Program-made: the position numbers and the translations under genes | Notes under the pieces: model-generated | The model's input: the letters and a program-made list of their open reading frames with translations, nothing else | The model's database searches: none | Told to the model about the DNA's origin: nothing | Part shown: positions 17,811-25,370 of the stretch, in pieces | How the letters are laid out: each line of letters opens with the position of its first letter | Position numbering within the stretch: the first letter of the stretch is position 1 | Source of the DNA: an uncultured Micavibrio sp. | GTDB lineage: Bacteria; Pseudomonadota; Alphaproteobacteria; Micavibrionales; Micavibrionaceae | Direction of reading: 5' to 3' | Length of the DNA stretch: 33,847 nucleotides | Assembly (NCBI GenBank): GCA_964476455.1 | Contig: CAYZAR010000001.1 | Coordinates: 1-33,847, forward strand

Positions 17811-18950
17811 TTACTCCTGCTCAGGCGGTATATACCGCTCAATTCGTACGGCGATGTTTCCCTCTTTTTGTCCCAGAGGCCCTAGATACATAGGAAAATC
17901 ACCGCATCTCATCTCGACCTGGTCGGAAGGTTTGGTGTTAAACATGACCAATGTCCCCTTCGTCCAGTTCAGCATATCGCGCAACATCACGATTTTTTCA
18001 CCCATCACAGCTTGAAGATGGACATCCGTTTGATAAAGTTCGTTGGTCAAGTGCGTTTCCCAAATGGAGTCACGCCCAAACTTCTCACCCATGAACATCT
18101 GAAGGAGAAGTTCGCGGACAGGTTCAAGTGTGGCATAAGGGATCAAAATCTCGACACGTCCGCCGCGATCTCCCATATCAATGCGCATCCGCACCAGAAC
18201 GCAGGCATTTCCGCTTTGGGTAATAGCAGCAAAGCGCGGGTTAGTTTCCATGTTTTCAAGTTTGAAACTGACCGGAGAGAGCGGGTCAAACGCCGAAGAC
18301 ATATCATTCAAGGTAACATTGAGCATCCGCTCAACCAAACGGGTTTCAATCGTTGTGTAGGGCCGTCCCTCAACACGAATAGATGGTGTCCCTTTGCGTC
18401 CACCAAGAAGAACATCTACCACCGAATAGATCAGCGAACTATCCACGACAATCAATCCGTTATTGTCCCACTCTTCCGCTTTGAAAACGGACAGCATGGC
18501 AGGCAAAGGAATGGAATTCAGATAGTCCCCAAAGCGGACCGTAGAAATTTGGTCAAGCGAGACCTCGACATTGTCCGAGGTCAAATTCCGCAAAGACGTG
18601 GACATGAGCCGAACCAATCGGTCAAAAACAATGTCCAACATCGGCAGACGTTCATAGTTCACGAGGGCCGAGTTAATCAGGGCCATGACCCCCGAAGTCG
18701 CTGTTTCGCCACCAATGTCGTCAAAGCCAAGCAAGCTATCAATTTCAGCTTGGTTCAGAATACGGGCATTCCCGCCTTCATCCATCGGCATGAGGTCAGG
18801 AGCCGGAACAGCTTCTCCTCCAAAAGCAGAATCGGCCGCAGCGGCTCCGCTGCCACCATCACCCCCGCCGGCCATGGCCTCCCATTCGGCCATCATCCGG
18901 CGTTCTTCTTCGCTCATCTGCTCGGCGTCTTGCGTTGGCGCGTCAGCCAT
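17811..18950 (-). CDS. fliM: Flagellar motor switch protein FliM
   Basis: 379-aa ORF. CheY-P binding peptide ILNQAEIDSLLGF at aa 64-76 follows an acidic/Gly-rich extension. Middle domain and C-terminal SpoA-like region (GDFPMYLGPLGQKEGNIAVRI). Confidence 0.9.
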   Translation of the reverse strand: MADAPTQDAEQMSEEERRMMAEWEAMAGGGDGGSGAAAADSAFGGEAVPAPDLMPMDEGGNARILNQAEIDSLLGFDDIGGETATSGVMALINSALVNYERLPMLDIVFDRLVRLMSTSLRNLTSDNVEVSLDQISTVRFGDYLNSIPLPAMLSVFKAEEWDNNGLIVVDSSLIYSVVDVLLGGRKGTPSIRVEGRPYTTIETRLVERMLNVTLNDMSSAFDPLSPVSFKLENMETNPRFAAITQSGNACVLVRMRIDMGDRGGRVEILIPYATLEPVRELLLQMFMGEKFGRDSIWETHLTNELYQTDVHLQAVMGEKIVMLRDMLNWTKGTLVMFNTKPSDQVEMRCGDFPMYLGPLGQKEGNIAVRIERYIPPEQE

Positions 18951-19037
18951 AAGAGGCCCTGTCCTTTCCGATCCCTAAAAAATTTCCGACTTACCTCACC
19001 CTCTTACAAAAAGCGGGCCAGTTTCTCTTTCTTACGG

Positions 19038-19646
19038 TTATTGTATCAGAATTTCCTGAAAAAGGACATCCTTGACCTGAGTTGGAGCTGCTGCTGCGTT
19101 CACCCGCGACAACAATTCCATCTGCAACCGATAAATTCCCTTTGACCCGCGCAGATCTTGGACTTTCAGCTCGCGCAGATAAGTTTGGAACTGGTCAACC
19201 ACGCGGGGAAGGACCTTCTCAACGGCTTTCATATCGGCCTCATTGGCGAGTTCCAACTGGATGGAAAGACGCAAATAGCGAGGTTGCCCTTCGCTGGTCA
19301 AATTAACAATCAGATCAGGGATTTTAAGAAAAGCAACCTCTGGTCCAGCCCCTTCGCCGCCAGGCTCTCCTTCTCCTTCGGCTTTTTTGTCTCCCTCTCC
19401 CTCATCTTTTTTGTCCCCAGCAGCCTCTTTGCCGTGTTCTCCCTCTTTGCCAGCCTCAGCCGAGGTTTCCTTGTTGAGAATTTTATCAAGCGTTCCTGTG
19501 AAATAGAGCCCTGCGCCCCCCCCAAGTAGTAACAAAAGAGGAACCACGATTAAAATGATTTTCTTTTTGGAAGACCCTCCCCCCTCACCATCAAGGGGGG
19601 GTTCATCGCTACCTTCGCTTTCAACTACTTCTTTTCCGTGAGCCAT
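19038..19646 (-). CDS. fliL: Flagellar basal body-associated protein FliL
   Basis: 202-aa ORF. TM IILIVVPLLLLLGGGAGLYF, low-complexity E/G/K spacer, then the conserved FLKIPDLIVNL...RYLRLSIQLEL...QFQTYLREL...VLFQEILIQ. Confidence 0.85.
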   Translation of the reverse strand: MAHGKEVVESEGSDEPPLDGEGGGSSKKKIILIVVPLLLLLGGGAGLYFTGTLDKILNKETSAEAGKEGEHGKEAAGDKKDEGEGDKKAEGEGEPGGEGAGPEVAFLKIPDLIVNLTSEGQPRYLRLSIQLELANEADMKAVEKVLPRVVDQFQTYLRELKVQDLRGSKGIYRLQMELLSRVNAAAAPTQVKDVLFQEILIQ

Positions 19647-19847
19647 TGCGTACCTTTATTGTTTTCGAATCATACCTTCTGCCATTGTATCCGAGGAAAA
19701 ACTTAGAACCAACTCGGCAATTCCTTCCGCCCTTCCTCTCCCCACAGGACAGGGAATATTTTTCCAATACGTCAAATCAAAGCGGTTTTTTTAGCCCCTT
19801 TTTTGAAAAAACGCCTTTTTTCAGTGGGTTAGCGTTTTGCCTCTCTC

Positions 19848-19863
19848 TGGCACAGTCTTCGCA
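19848..19863 (+). promoter_or_regulatory. Candidate sigma-54 (-24/-12) promoter for flgF-flgG
   Basis: TGGCAC-agtct-TCGCA has one mismatch to TGGCAC-N5-TTGCA, with GG/GC spacing correct. It ends 62 nt upstream of the flgF ATG (19925). Confidence 0.55.
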
Positions 19864-19924
19864 ACAATGATCCCAGAACAATTTATAGATTCAAAAAACA
19901 AGTGGGATAAGGATACCGTAAACA

Positions 19925-20656
19925 ATGGAAAACAGTCTCTATGTCGGGCTCTCCCGACAAATGGTTCTGCAAAGGGCAATGGATCTAACGGCGAACAATG
20001 TCGCGAACATCAGCACCCCCGGCTACCGCGAACAAAACCCGATTTTCGAAGAGTATATTTCAAAGCCGCGCAATGAAAAAGAGCCGCTTTCGATGGTATT
20101 TGACTCGGGGCAGTACGCCTCGGCGCAGCCTGGCCCAATTCAACTGACGGGGGGAACTTATGACGTGGCTCTGTCAGGGCCCGGCTTCATAGGAGTCAAA
20201 ACGCCGAGCGGTGAGATCCAATATACAAGAGCGGGAAATCTTACCACGGACAGTAACGGACAGTTAGTCACCACCAGCGGCTTTACCGTTGCAGGATCAG
20301 GCGGCAGTGCCATCACCATTCCCGCCGAAGCCAAAGAGGTTGTCATTACCGAATCCGGAAACGTGACGGTGGATGGGAACGCCGTTGGCAAACTGACCAT
20401 TGATGAATTTGAAAGCATCAACGATTTGCGACCAGAAGGAAACGGACTCTATAGTGCCTTGCGGGCGGGGCGTCCAGCCACAGAAACTATCGTCAAGCAG
20501 GGATATTTGGAAGGGTCCAATGTGAATTCGGTGGTCGAAATGTCACGCATGATTGATATTTTGAGGCAATACCAATCCACCATAAAAATGCTGAATTCCG
20601 AGCATGAGAGGCAATCTTCCGCCATTCAGCGTCTAGCTAAAATCAGCGGTAATTAA
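19925..20656 (+). CDS. flgF: Flagellar basal-body rod protein FlgF
   Basis: 243-aa ORF. N-terminal LTANNVANISTPGYRE and C-terminal GYLEGSNVNSVVEMSRMIDILRQYQS. Upstream of flgG. Confidence 0.85.
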   Translation: MENSLYVGLSRQMVLQRAMDLTANNVANISTPGYREQNPIFEEYISKPRNEKEPLSMVFDSGQYASAQPGPIQLTGGTYDVALSGPGFIGVKTPSGEIQYTRAGNLTTDSNGQLVTTSGFTVAGSGGSAITIPAEAKEVVITESGNVTVDGNAVGKLTIDEFESINDLRPEGNGLYSALRAGRPATETIVKQGYLEGSNVNSVVEMSRMIDILRQYQSTIKMLNSEHERQSSAIQRLAKISGN

Positions 20657-20684
20657 ACTTTAGAGGGATTAAGGAGAAACACAC

Positions 20685-21470
20685 ATGAGATCACTTGATA
20701 TTGGCGCAACCGGAATGCTGGCCCAGCAAATGAACGTGGATATGATTTCCAACAACATTGCCAACATGACGACCACGGGATTTAAGCGGCAACGGATGGA
20801 ATTCAAAGACCTGATTTACCAACACATCACCCGCCCGGGAGCAACATCTTCGGCGGATGGGACAACTGTTCCGTCTGGGCTTTCTCTCGGCCTCGGGGTT
20901 CGGCCTGCCGCAACTTACCGCATTCACGAGCAAGGAACCATCCTGATTACCAACAATGATCTTGACCTCGCAATTAACGGGCGGGGGTTCTTCCAGATTG
21001 AGCTTCCAAACGGTGACACGGCCTACACCAGAGCTGGCTCTTTTCAGGTCAACCAAGATGGGGAAATTGTGACCTCGGAAGGGTATCGCCTTCTCCCTGG
21101 GATCACGGTTCCCGAAGATGCTCTCTCGATTGAGGTCAACGAAGAAGGACAAGTTTCGGCCAAAATGCCTCAACAAGTCGCCATGCAGGATTTGGGGCAA
21201 ATTGAACTGGCAATGTTCGTCAATGGAGCAGGTCTTGAAGCCATTGGCGATACCATGTTCCTTGAAACGCCTGCCTCAGGGCAAGCCTTGGTTGGGACTC
21301 CTGCCAGCGAGAATTTTGGATCGCTGCGCCAGTCTATGCTCGAACAATCGAACGTGGACTCGGTCAAAGAGATTACCAATTTGATTACAGCACAGCGGGC
21401 CTATGAAATGAACTCGAACGTCATTCGAACCTCGGATCAGATGATGGAATCGGTGAATCAGCTCCGCTAA
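20685..21470 (+). CDS. flgG: Flagellar basal-body distal rod protein FlgG
   Basis: 261-aa ORF. MRSLDIGATGMLAQQMNVDMISNNIANMTTTGFKRQR and C-terminal LEQSNVDSVKEITNLITAQRAYEMNSNVIRTSDQM. AAGGAG SD. Confidence 0.92.
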   Translation: MRSLDIGATGMLAQQMNVDMISNNIANMTTTGFKRQRMEFKDLIYQHITRPGATSSADGTTVPSGLSLGLGVRPAATYRIHEQGTILITNNDLDLAINGRGFFQIELPNGDTAYTRAGSFQVNQDGEIVTSEGYRLLPGITVPEDALSIEVNEEGQVSAKMPQQVAMQDLGQIELAMFVNGAGLEAIGDTMFLETPASGQALVGTPASENFGSLRQSMLEQSNVDSVKEITNLITAQRAYEMNSNVIRTSDQMMESVNQLR

Positions 21471-21488
21471 TAGTCATAATATAAGAAC

Positions 21489-21504
21489 TGGCACGGAGCT
21501 TGCA
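21489..21504 (+). promoter_or_regulatory. Sigma-54 (-24/-12) promoter, perfect core consensus
   Basis: TGGCAC-ggagc-TTGCA is an exact match. It lies in the flgG-flgA spacer, 45 nt upstream of ATG 21549. Confidence 0.7.
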
Positions 21505-21548
21505 ATGACTGTCTTGTAGGCAAAACTAGGCAAAAAAGGAGTAACACC

Positions 21549-21737
21549 ATGAAAACAGATAGAAACACCACTGTTCTTTTCCACCTGATGGTTACCAGCT
21601 TGCGGAGTCTGGTTTTCGTTGGAGTTATGGCGGCGGCCACATTGATGGTCATGGAAAGCCAATCATCCATTTCGATGGGAGACACCATCAATCAGCTATC
21701 CGACCTTGGTCAGTCCTTTGGAGACTCTTTGAATTAG
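21549..21737 (+). CDS. Small hypothetical membrane protein (62 aa) preceding flgA
   Basis: ATG preceded by AAGGAG at 7-nt spacing. One hydrophobic segment (LFHLMVTSLRSLVFVGVMAAATLMVM) and a polar tail. Ends 14 nt before flgA. Sits downstream of the perfect sigma-54 promoter. Confidence 0.5.
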   Translation: MKTDRNTTVLFHLMVTSLRSLVFVGVMAAATLMVMESQSSISMGDTINQLSDLGQSFGDSLN

Positions 21738-21751
21738 GAAAGAATTAAGCC

Positions 21752-22744
21752 ATGTCAGACAATGAAATCAAACAAACCAAACAGTGTATTTTGTGGATGT
21801 GTACCTACACCCTGAAGAGTGTGACGGTTGCCATGGTGCTTGGCTATGCCCTGCTCTACCTATTGCTTTCCATTCCGGCAGCCGAAGCCGCAACCTTGCG
21901 TTCTAACAGCTCGATTGCAGGTAGTGTGGTTCACCTTTCGGATGTTTTTGACGATCTTCCAGAAGGGCAAGATGCCGTTTTGGGATCAGCTCCAGAGATT
22001 GGCAAAGATATGATCCTAGGAGTAAAGACCCTGACCCGCATCGCCTCGGCCTATCATCTTGATTGGACTCCGGCCTCGGCCACAGACCAATGCATTTTGC
22101 ACCGTGAATCAAGTTCGGTCTCCTCCACCGACATTGAAAATAGTCTTAAAGAGGCCCTCATTGCCAAGGGTGTCAGCGGAGATTTTACTGTTACTCTTTC
22201 TAACTTGAATGCCTCGTTGGTCTTGCCTCGCGATCTTCCAGCCACAGTTGAGGTCTCTCAGCTTTCCTACACTCCCGGGCGGGACGTTTTCTCGGCAACA
22301 CTTGCGGCTCCCTCTGCCGACAATCCTGTTAAAACCATCAGCGTCAGCGGGATCGTAGAACGCAGCGTTCAAGTTCCGGTTCTACGAAGCAGCCTCAAAT
22401 CCGGCGAGATCATCGGTTCAACTGACATTGAATGGATTGATGTCTCTGAGGCAAGCTTGGGACGGGATGTCATTCTGGATGCAGATCATCTGGTTGGGAA
22501 AACTCCTATCCGCTCAATCACCATTGGCCATCCCGTACGAAACAGAGAAGTCACCTCTCCACAACTGGTTGCGCGGGGAGATGATGTTCTTATCTTCTTT
22601 AACGCTGGACCTCTGGAACTATCGGCCAAAGGACGCGCCATGCAAAACGGTGCCGAAGGTGATCGGGTGCGGGTTATGAATCTCTCTAGCAACAAATCCG
22701 TCACAGCGGAAGTTACTGGAGACCACGAAGTCAGAGTTGAATAA
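21752..22744 (+). CDS. flgA: Flagellar basal body P-ring formation chaperone FlgA
   Basis: 330-aa ORF. Signal-anchor VAMVLGYALLYLLLSIPAAEA. SAF-like LKSGEIIGSTDIEW and the C-terminal FlgA signature GRAMQNGAEGDRVRVMNLSSNKSVTAEVTGDHEVRV. The true start may be internal (e.g. 21797). Confidence 0.8.
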   Translation: MSDNEIKQTKQCILWMCTYTLKSVTVAMVLGYALLYLLLSIPAAEAATLRSNSSIAGSVVHLSDVFDDLPEGQDAVLGSAPEIGKDMILGVKTLTRIASAYHLDWTPASATDQCILHRESSSVSSTDIENSLKEALIAKGVSGDFTVTLSNLNASLVLPRDLPATVEVSQLSYTPGRDVFSATLAAPSADNPVKTISVSGIVERSVQVPVLRSSLKSGEIIGSTDIEWIDVSEASLGRDVILDADHLVGKTPIRSITIGHPVRNREVTSPQLVARGDDVLIFFNAGPLELSAKGRAMQNGAEGDRVRVMNLSSNKSVTAEVTGDHEVRVE

Positions 22745-22780
22745 GTTCGTGCAAGCAAAAAACAAAGAAGGTGGAATATC

Positions 22781-23572
22781 ATGAAAACAAGTAGAAATAA
22801 AAAATTATACTCCGGCGGCATTTTTGACTTTCCTCTATTGCCCTTGCTTGTCGCGCTTGTTGCCAGTAGCAACCTTGTGGCTTGTAGCTCGGTAGACCGC
22901 ATCAAAAACATTGGGGAAGTTCCCCCCCAATCTGCGGTTCAAAACCCGACCCAAACTGCCAATTACCGGCCCGTCAGTATGCCCATGCCAGAGGAGAAAA
23001 CCTACCCAAAGGCAGGGAACTCGCTCTGGACCGGAGCCCAACAGGGATTTTTCAAAGACCAACGGGCCAAGACGGTTGGAGATATTATGACCGTAGTCAT
23101 CAACATTGACGACAAAGGAAAAATGCAAAACGCGACGGACCGTACCCGCTCCTCCAGCGAGAAAGCCGCTATGCCAAAATTTCTCGGCATAGAAACCAAA
23201 TTGGCCCAAGTTCTGCCCGAAGCAATAGATCCTACGAACCTAAGCGACCAGAGCGCGGATTCGAGTTTCAAAGGCGATGGAACAACGGACCGCAAAGAAA
23301 AAATTGAAATGAAACTTGCCGCAACCGTGACTCAAGTTTTGCCCAATGGCAACATGGTTATTCAGGGATCACAAGAGGTGCGCGTGAACTACGAAAACCG
23401 CTTGTTAAAACTGGCTGGGGTTGTTCGTCCTCAAGATGTCAGCGTAGACAACACAGTTTCTTACGAGAAAATTGCCGAAGCGCGTATCGCGTATGGCGGC
23501 AATGGCCAAATTACAGATGTTCAGCAACCACGGTACGGGCAACAGCTTTACGATGTGCTCTTCCCGTTCTGA
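22781..23572 (+). CDS. flgH: Flagellar L-ring lipoprotein FlgH
   Basis: 263-aa ORF. Lipobox LVAC; SLWTG..GFFKDQRAKTVGDIMTVVINIDD and the C-terminal VSYEKIAEARIAYGGNG pattern. Confidence 0.9.
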   Translation: MKTSRNKKLYSGGIFDFPLLPLLVALVASSNLVACSSVDRIKNIGEVPPQSAVQNPTQTANYRPVSMPMPEEKTYPKAGNSLWTGAQQGFFKDQRAKTVGDIMTVVINIDDKGKMQNATDRTRSSSEKAAMPKFLGIETKLAQVLPEAIDPTNLSDQSADSSFKGDGTTDRKEKIEMKLAATVTQVLPNGNMVIQGSQEVRVNYENRLLKLAGVVRPQDVSVDNTVSYEKIAEARIAYGGNGQITDVQQPRYGQQLYDVLFPF

Positions 23573-23620
23573 TTGCTCTCTCTTTACCAGCTTACCCCCT
23601 TACTACCCACCTAACTTGAT

Positions 23621-23646
23621 CGCCGGCGAAAGCCGGCGTTTTTTTT
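23621..23646 (+). terminator. Rho-independent terminator after flgH
   Basis: CGCCGGC-gaaa-GCCGGCG followed by eight T residues, 49 nt after the flgH stop. Confidence 0.75.
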
Positions 23647-23674
23647 AGGGGGAAAAGAGGCAATTGCCAATCAA

Positions 23675-24322
23675 CTACATGGCGACAACAATTCCAAATT
23701 CTGTCGCAAGCTTGGCCAGTCCTCCCTGTTCCAAACGCCCAATTCCTTCGAAAAACCAGTTTGGCCCCTCGCGATTGAGTATCCCGACTAGAACCGCCGT
23801 TGCTTGAGGATCTTCAAGAAATTCGGCATCAAGGTTAAATCGCATCAACTCAATCCCGGTTTCCTCGTTGACGATCCGCAAGAAGCAGTTGCGAACACTC
23901 CGAAAACTATGACCCCGCTCAGGAGCTTCGTAAATTGAGATAGAAAACGCAACTTTGCGCACATCAAACGGAAGGAGCATAAGATCTATCCGAATATTTT
24001 CATCGTCGCCATCTCCGGCTCCGGTCCGGTTATCTCCCATATGCTCAACCGAGCCATCCGCGTTTTTCAAATTATTGTAAAAGACAAAATCCTCGTCTGC
24101 GGCTGTTTTGTCATTCTTATCAAGCATGAATAGACTGACATCAAGATCAGGGGCTTCTCCCTCAAACCCGATCACGTCCCAACCAACCCCAATCATAATC
24201 CGCTTCAGAGTAGGGTCCATGCGCGTAAGATTAGCCATCTCCCCACGCTTGAGGATGAAAACATCGGCAAGACTGGGATCAGAAACAATACTCGCCGAAC
24301 GCGTAATTTCAACTTCAGACAT
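23675..24322 (-). CDS. TerD-domain protein (classical TerD/TerE/TerZ type)
   Basis: 215-aa ORF. IMIGVGWDV...DLDVSLFMLDKNDK...DFVFYNN...GDNRTGAGDGDDENIRIDL...VAFSISIY...LRIVN matches the TerD fold and its acidic Ca-binding-type motifs. Confidence 0.85.
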   Translation of the reverse strand: MSEVEITRSASIVSDPSLADVFILKRGEMANLTRMDPTLKRIMIGVGWDVIGFEGEAPDLDVSLFMLDKNDKTAADEDFVFYNNLKNADGSVEHMGDNRTGAGDGDDENIRIDLMLLPFDVRKVAFSISIYEAPERGHSFRSVRNCFLRIVNEETGIELMRFNLDAEFLEDPQATAVLVGILNREGPNWFFEGIGRLEQGGLAKLATEFGIVVAM

Positions 24323-24398
24323 CTACAAACCCTATACAGACTTTCCGACCAACAACGGCCAATTCCACCAACTCTATCGGGAAAATCTTAATTTCTAA

Positions 24399-25151
24399 TT
24401 ACCTCTCGGCTTTAACCCCGTTATCCCACTCCAAACCATACCCAAAGGCGCGGTCCATTTCAGCATGGCCGGGAAAATATTCCGTATAATTGGTAATCCG
24501 TAACCCATTGCGAACGTTGTCAATTCCGGCAATGGCACAAATGGCCAAGTCCTTGTGGTGACTGGACAAAGACACAATCATCTGTTTTTGGCCCGGGACC
24601 CGTACATGAATTTGCGGCTTCGCCTGTGCCCAGTCCAAGGCTCCATGATAAATATACACATAAATCAGAATGCGTTTGACAGCTTCCCATTTTTTGCCGT
24701 TGATCCGAATATATTCGTCATCGCCTTCAGTGCGGCCTGTCCGCTCATCTCCAGAAAGAGCCATATAGGGGAAGTCTTCATAGTTTCCAAACTGTTCCCC
24801 AAAGGCTTGGATAGCTCCACGAGAACCGTCTTTCATCTCGTATAAAATGCCTAGATCAAGATCAATATCAAAGGGCTTGGTCTTTTTCATCAATCTTCCC
24901 AACAAGCTAAGGTCTGGCATATCTTGAGCATCCCATGCTGCCGCGATTTGAATTTCTTCGAATCCACCTTGAGGCGGTGTCATAGAGACGGTATCCCCTC
25001 GCCGACCTAGAAAATCAATATTCTGATCTTGGTCATTGGGGTCAACATAGCCCGCCGACCCGCGAGATCTTCCGTGACCAGAAAAATGGGAACGGTCACG
25101 GTTTGCCTCAGAGAGGGAGTCAAGAGAAGGAGGGTCATTCGGAGGGCACAT
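24399..25151 (-). CDS. Divergent TerD-family protein (TerA/TerF-like) with disordered N-terminus
   Basis: 250-aa ORF. IQIAAAWDA...DIDLDLGILYEMKDG...FPYMALSGDERTGRTEGDDEYIRING...RILIYVYIYHGALDWAQA. The motif GDERTG..EGDDE parallels the neighbouring gene. Confidence 0.7.
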   Translation of the reverse strand: MCPPNDPPSLDSLSEANRDRSHFSGHGRSRGSAGYVDPNDQDQNIDFLGRRGDTVSMTPPQGGFEEIQIAAAWDAQDMPDLSLLGRLMKKTKPFDIDLDLGILYEMKDGSRGAIQAFGEQFGNYEDFPYMALSGDERTGRTEGDDEYIRINGKKWEAVKRILIYVYIYHGALDWAQAKPQIHVRVPGQKQMIVSLSSHHKDLAICAIAGIDNVRNGLRITNYTEYFPGHAEMDRAFGYGLEWDNGVKAER

Positions 25152-25370
25152 AATAAATCTCTTTCAGCAGCAATTAAGAATAGATGCCTAGTTTACCTAA
25201 ACTTCTGTTAATCAGAAAGCTCCTATTTTTGCCTAAAACCACATCCCTCTATCTGGCCCGCTTTTATGTTTTTACATAGAATTGTTCGCAACCCTTTTCC
25301 ACCTTGAGTTCCTAGTGAATCCGCCTTATAAAAAGGCCCAATCAGCAAAAGCAAGTTAGGATCAATTGAG

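Noticed and set aside
19005-19020. Sigma-54-like match TGGCCCgctttTTGTA (minus strand) between fliL and fliM
   Set aside because: The invariant -12 GC is replaced by GT and the -24 hexamer is also imperfect. fliM is probably co-transcribed with fliL.
18012-19145. 377-aa ORF on the plus strand
   Set aside because: It is entirely antisense to fliM (and the end of fliL). Its sequence is low-complexity and R/H/N-rich with no motif, whereas the minus-strand frames carry unmistakable FliM/FliL signatures. This is a shadow ORF.
23675-25151. TerD cassette as a recently acquired island
   Set aside because: By eye, base composition and codon style match the flanking flagellar and ettA genes. There are no flanking repeats, tRNA or mobility genes, so horizontal acquisition cannot be supported from this window.
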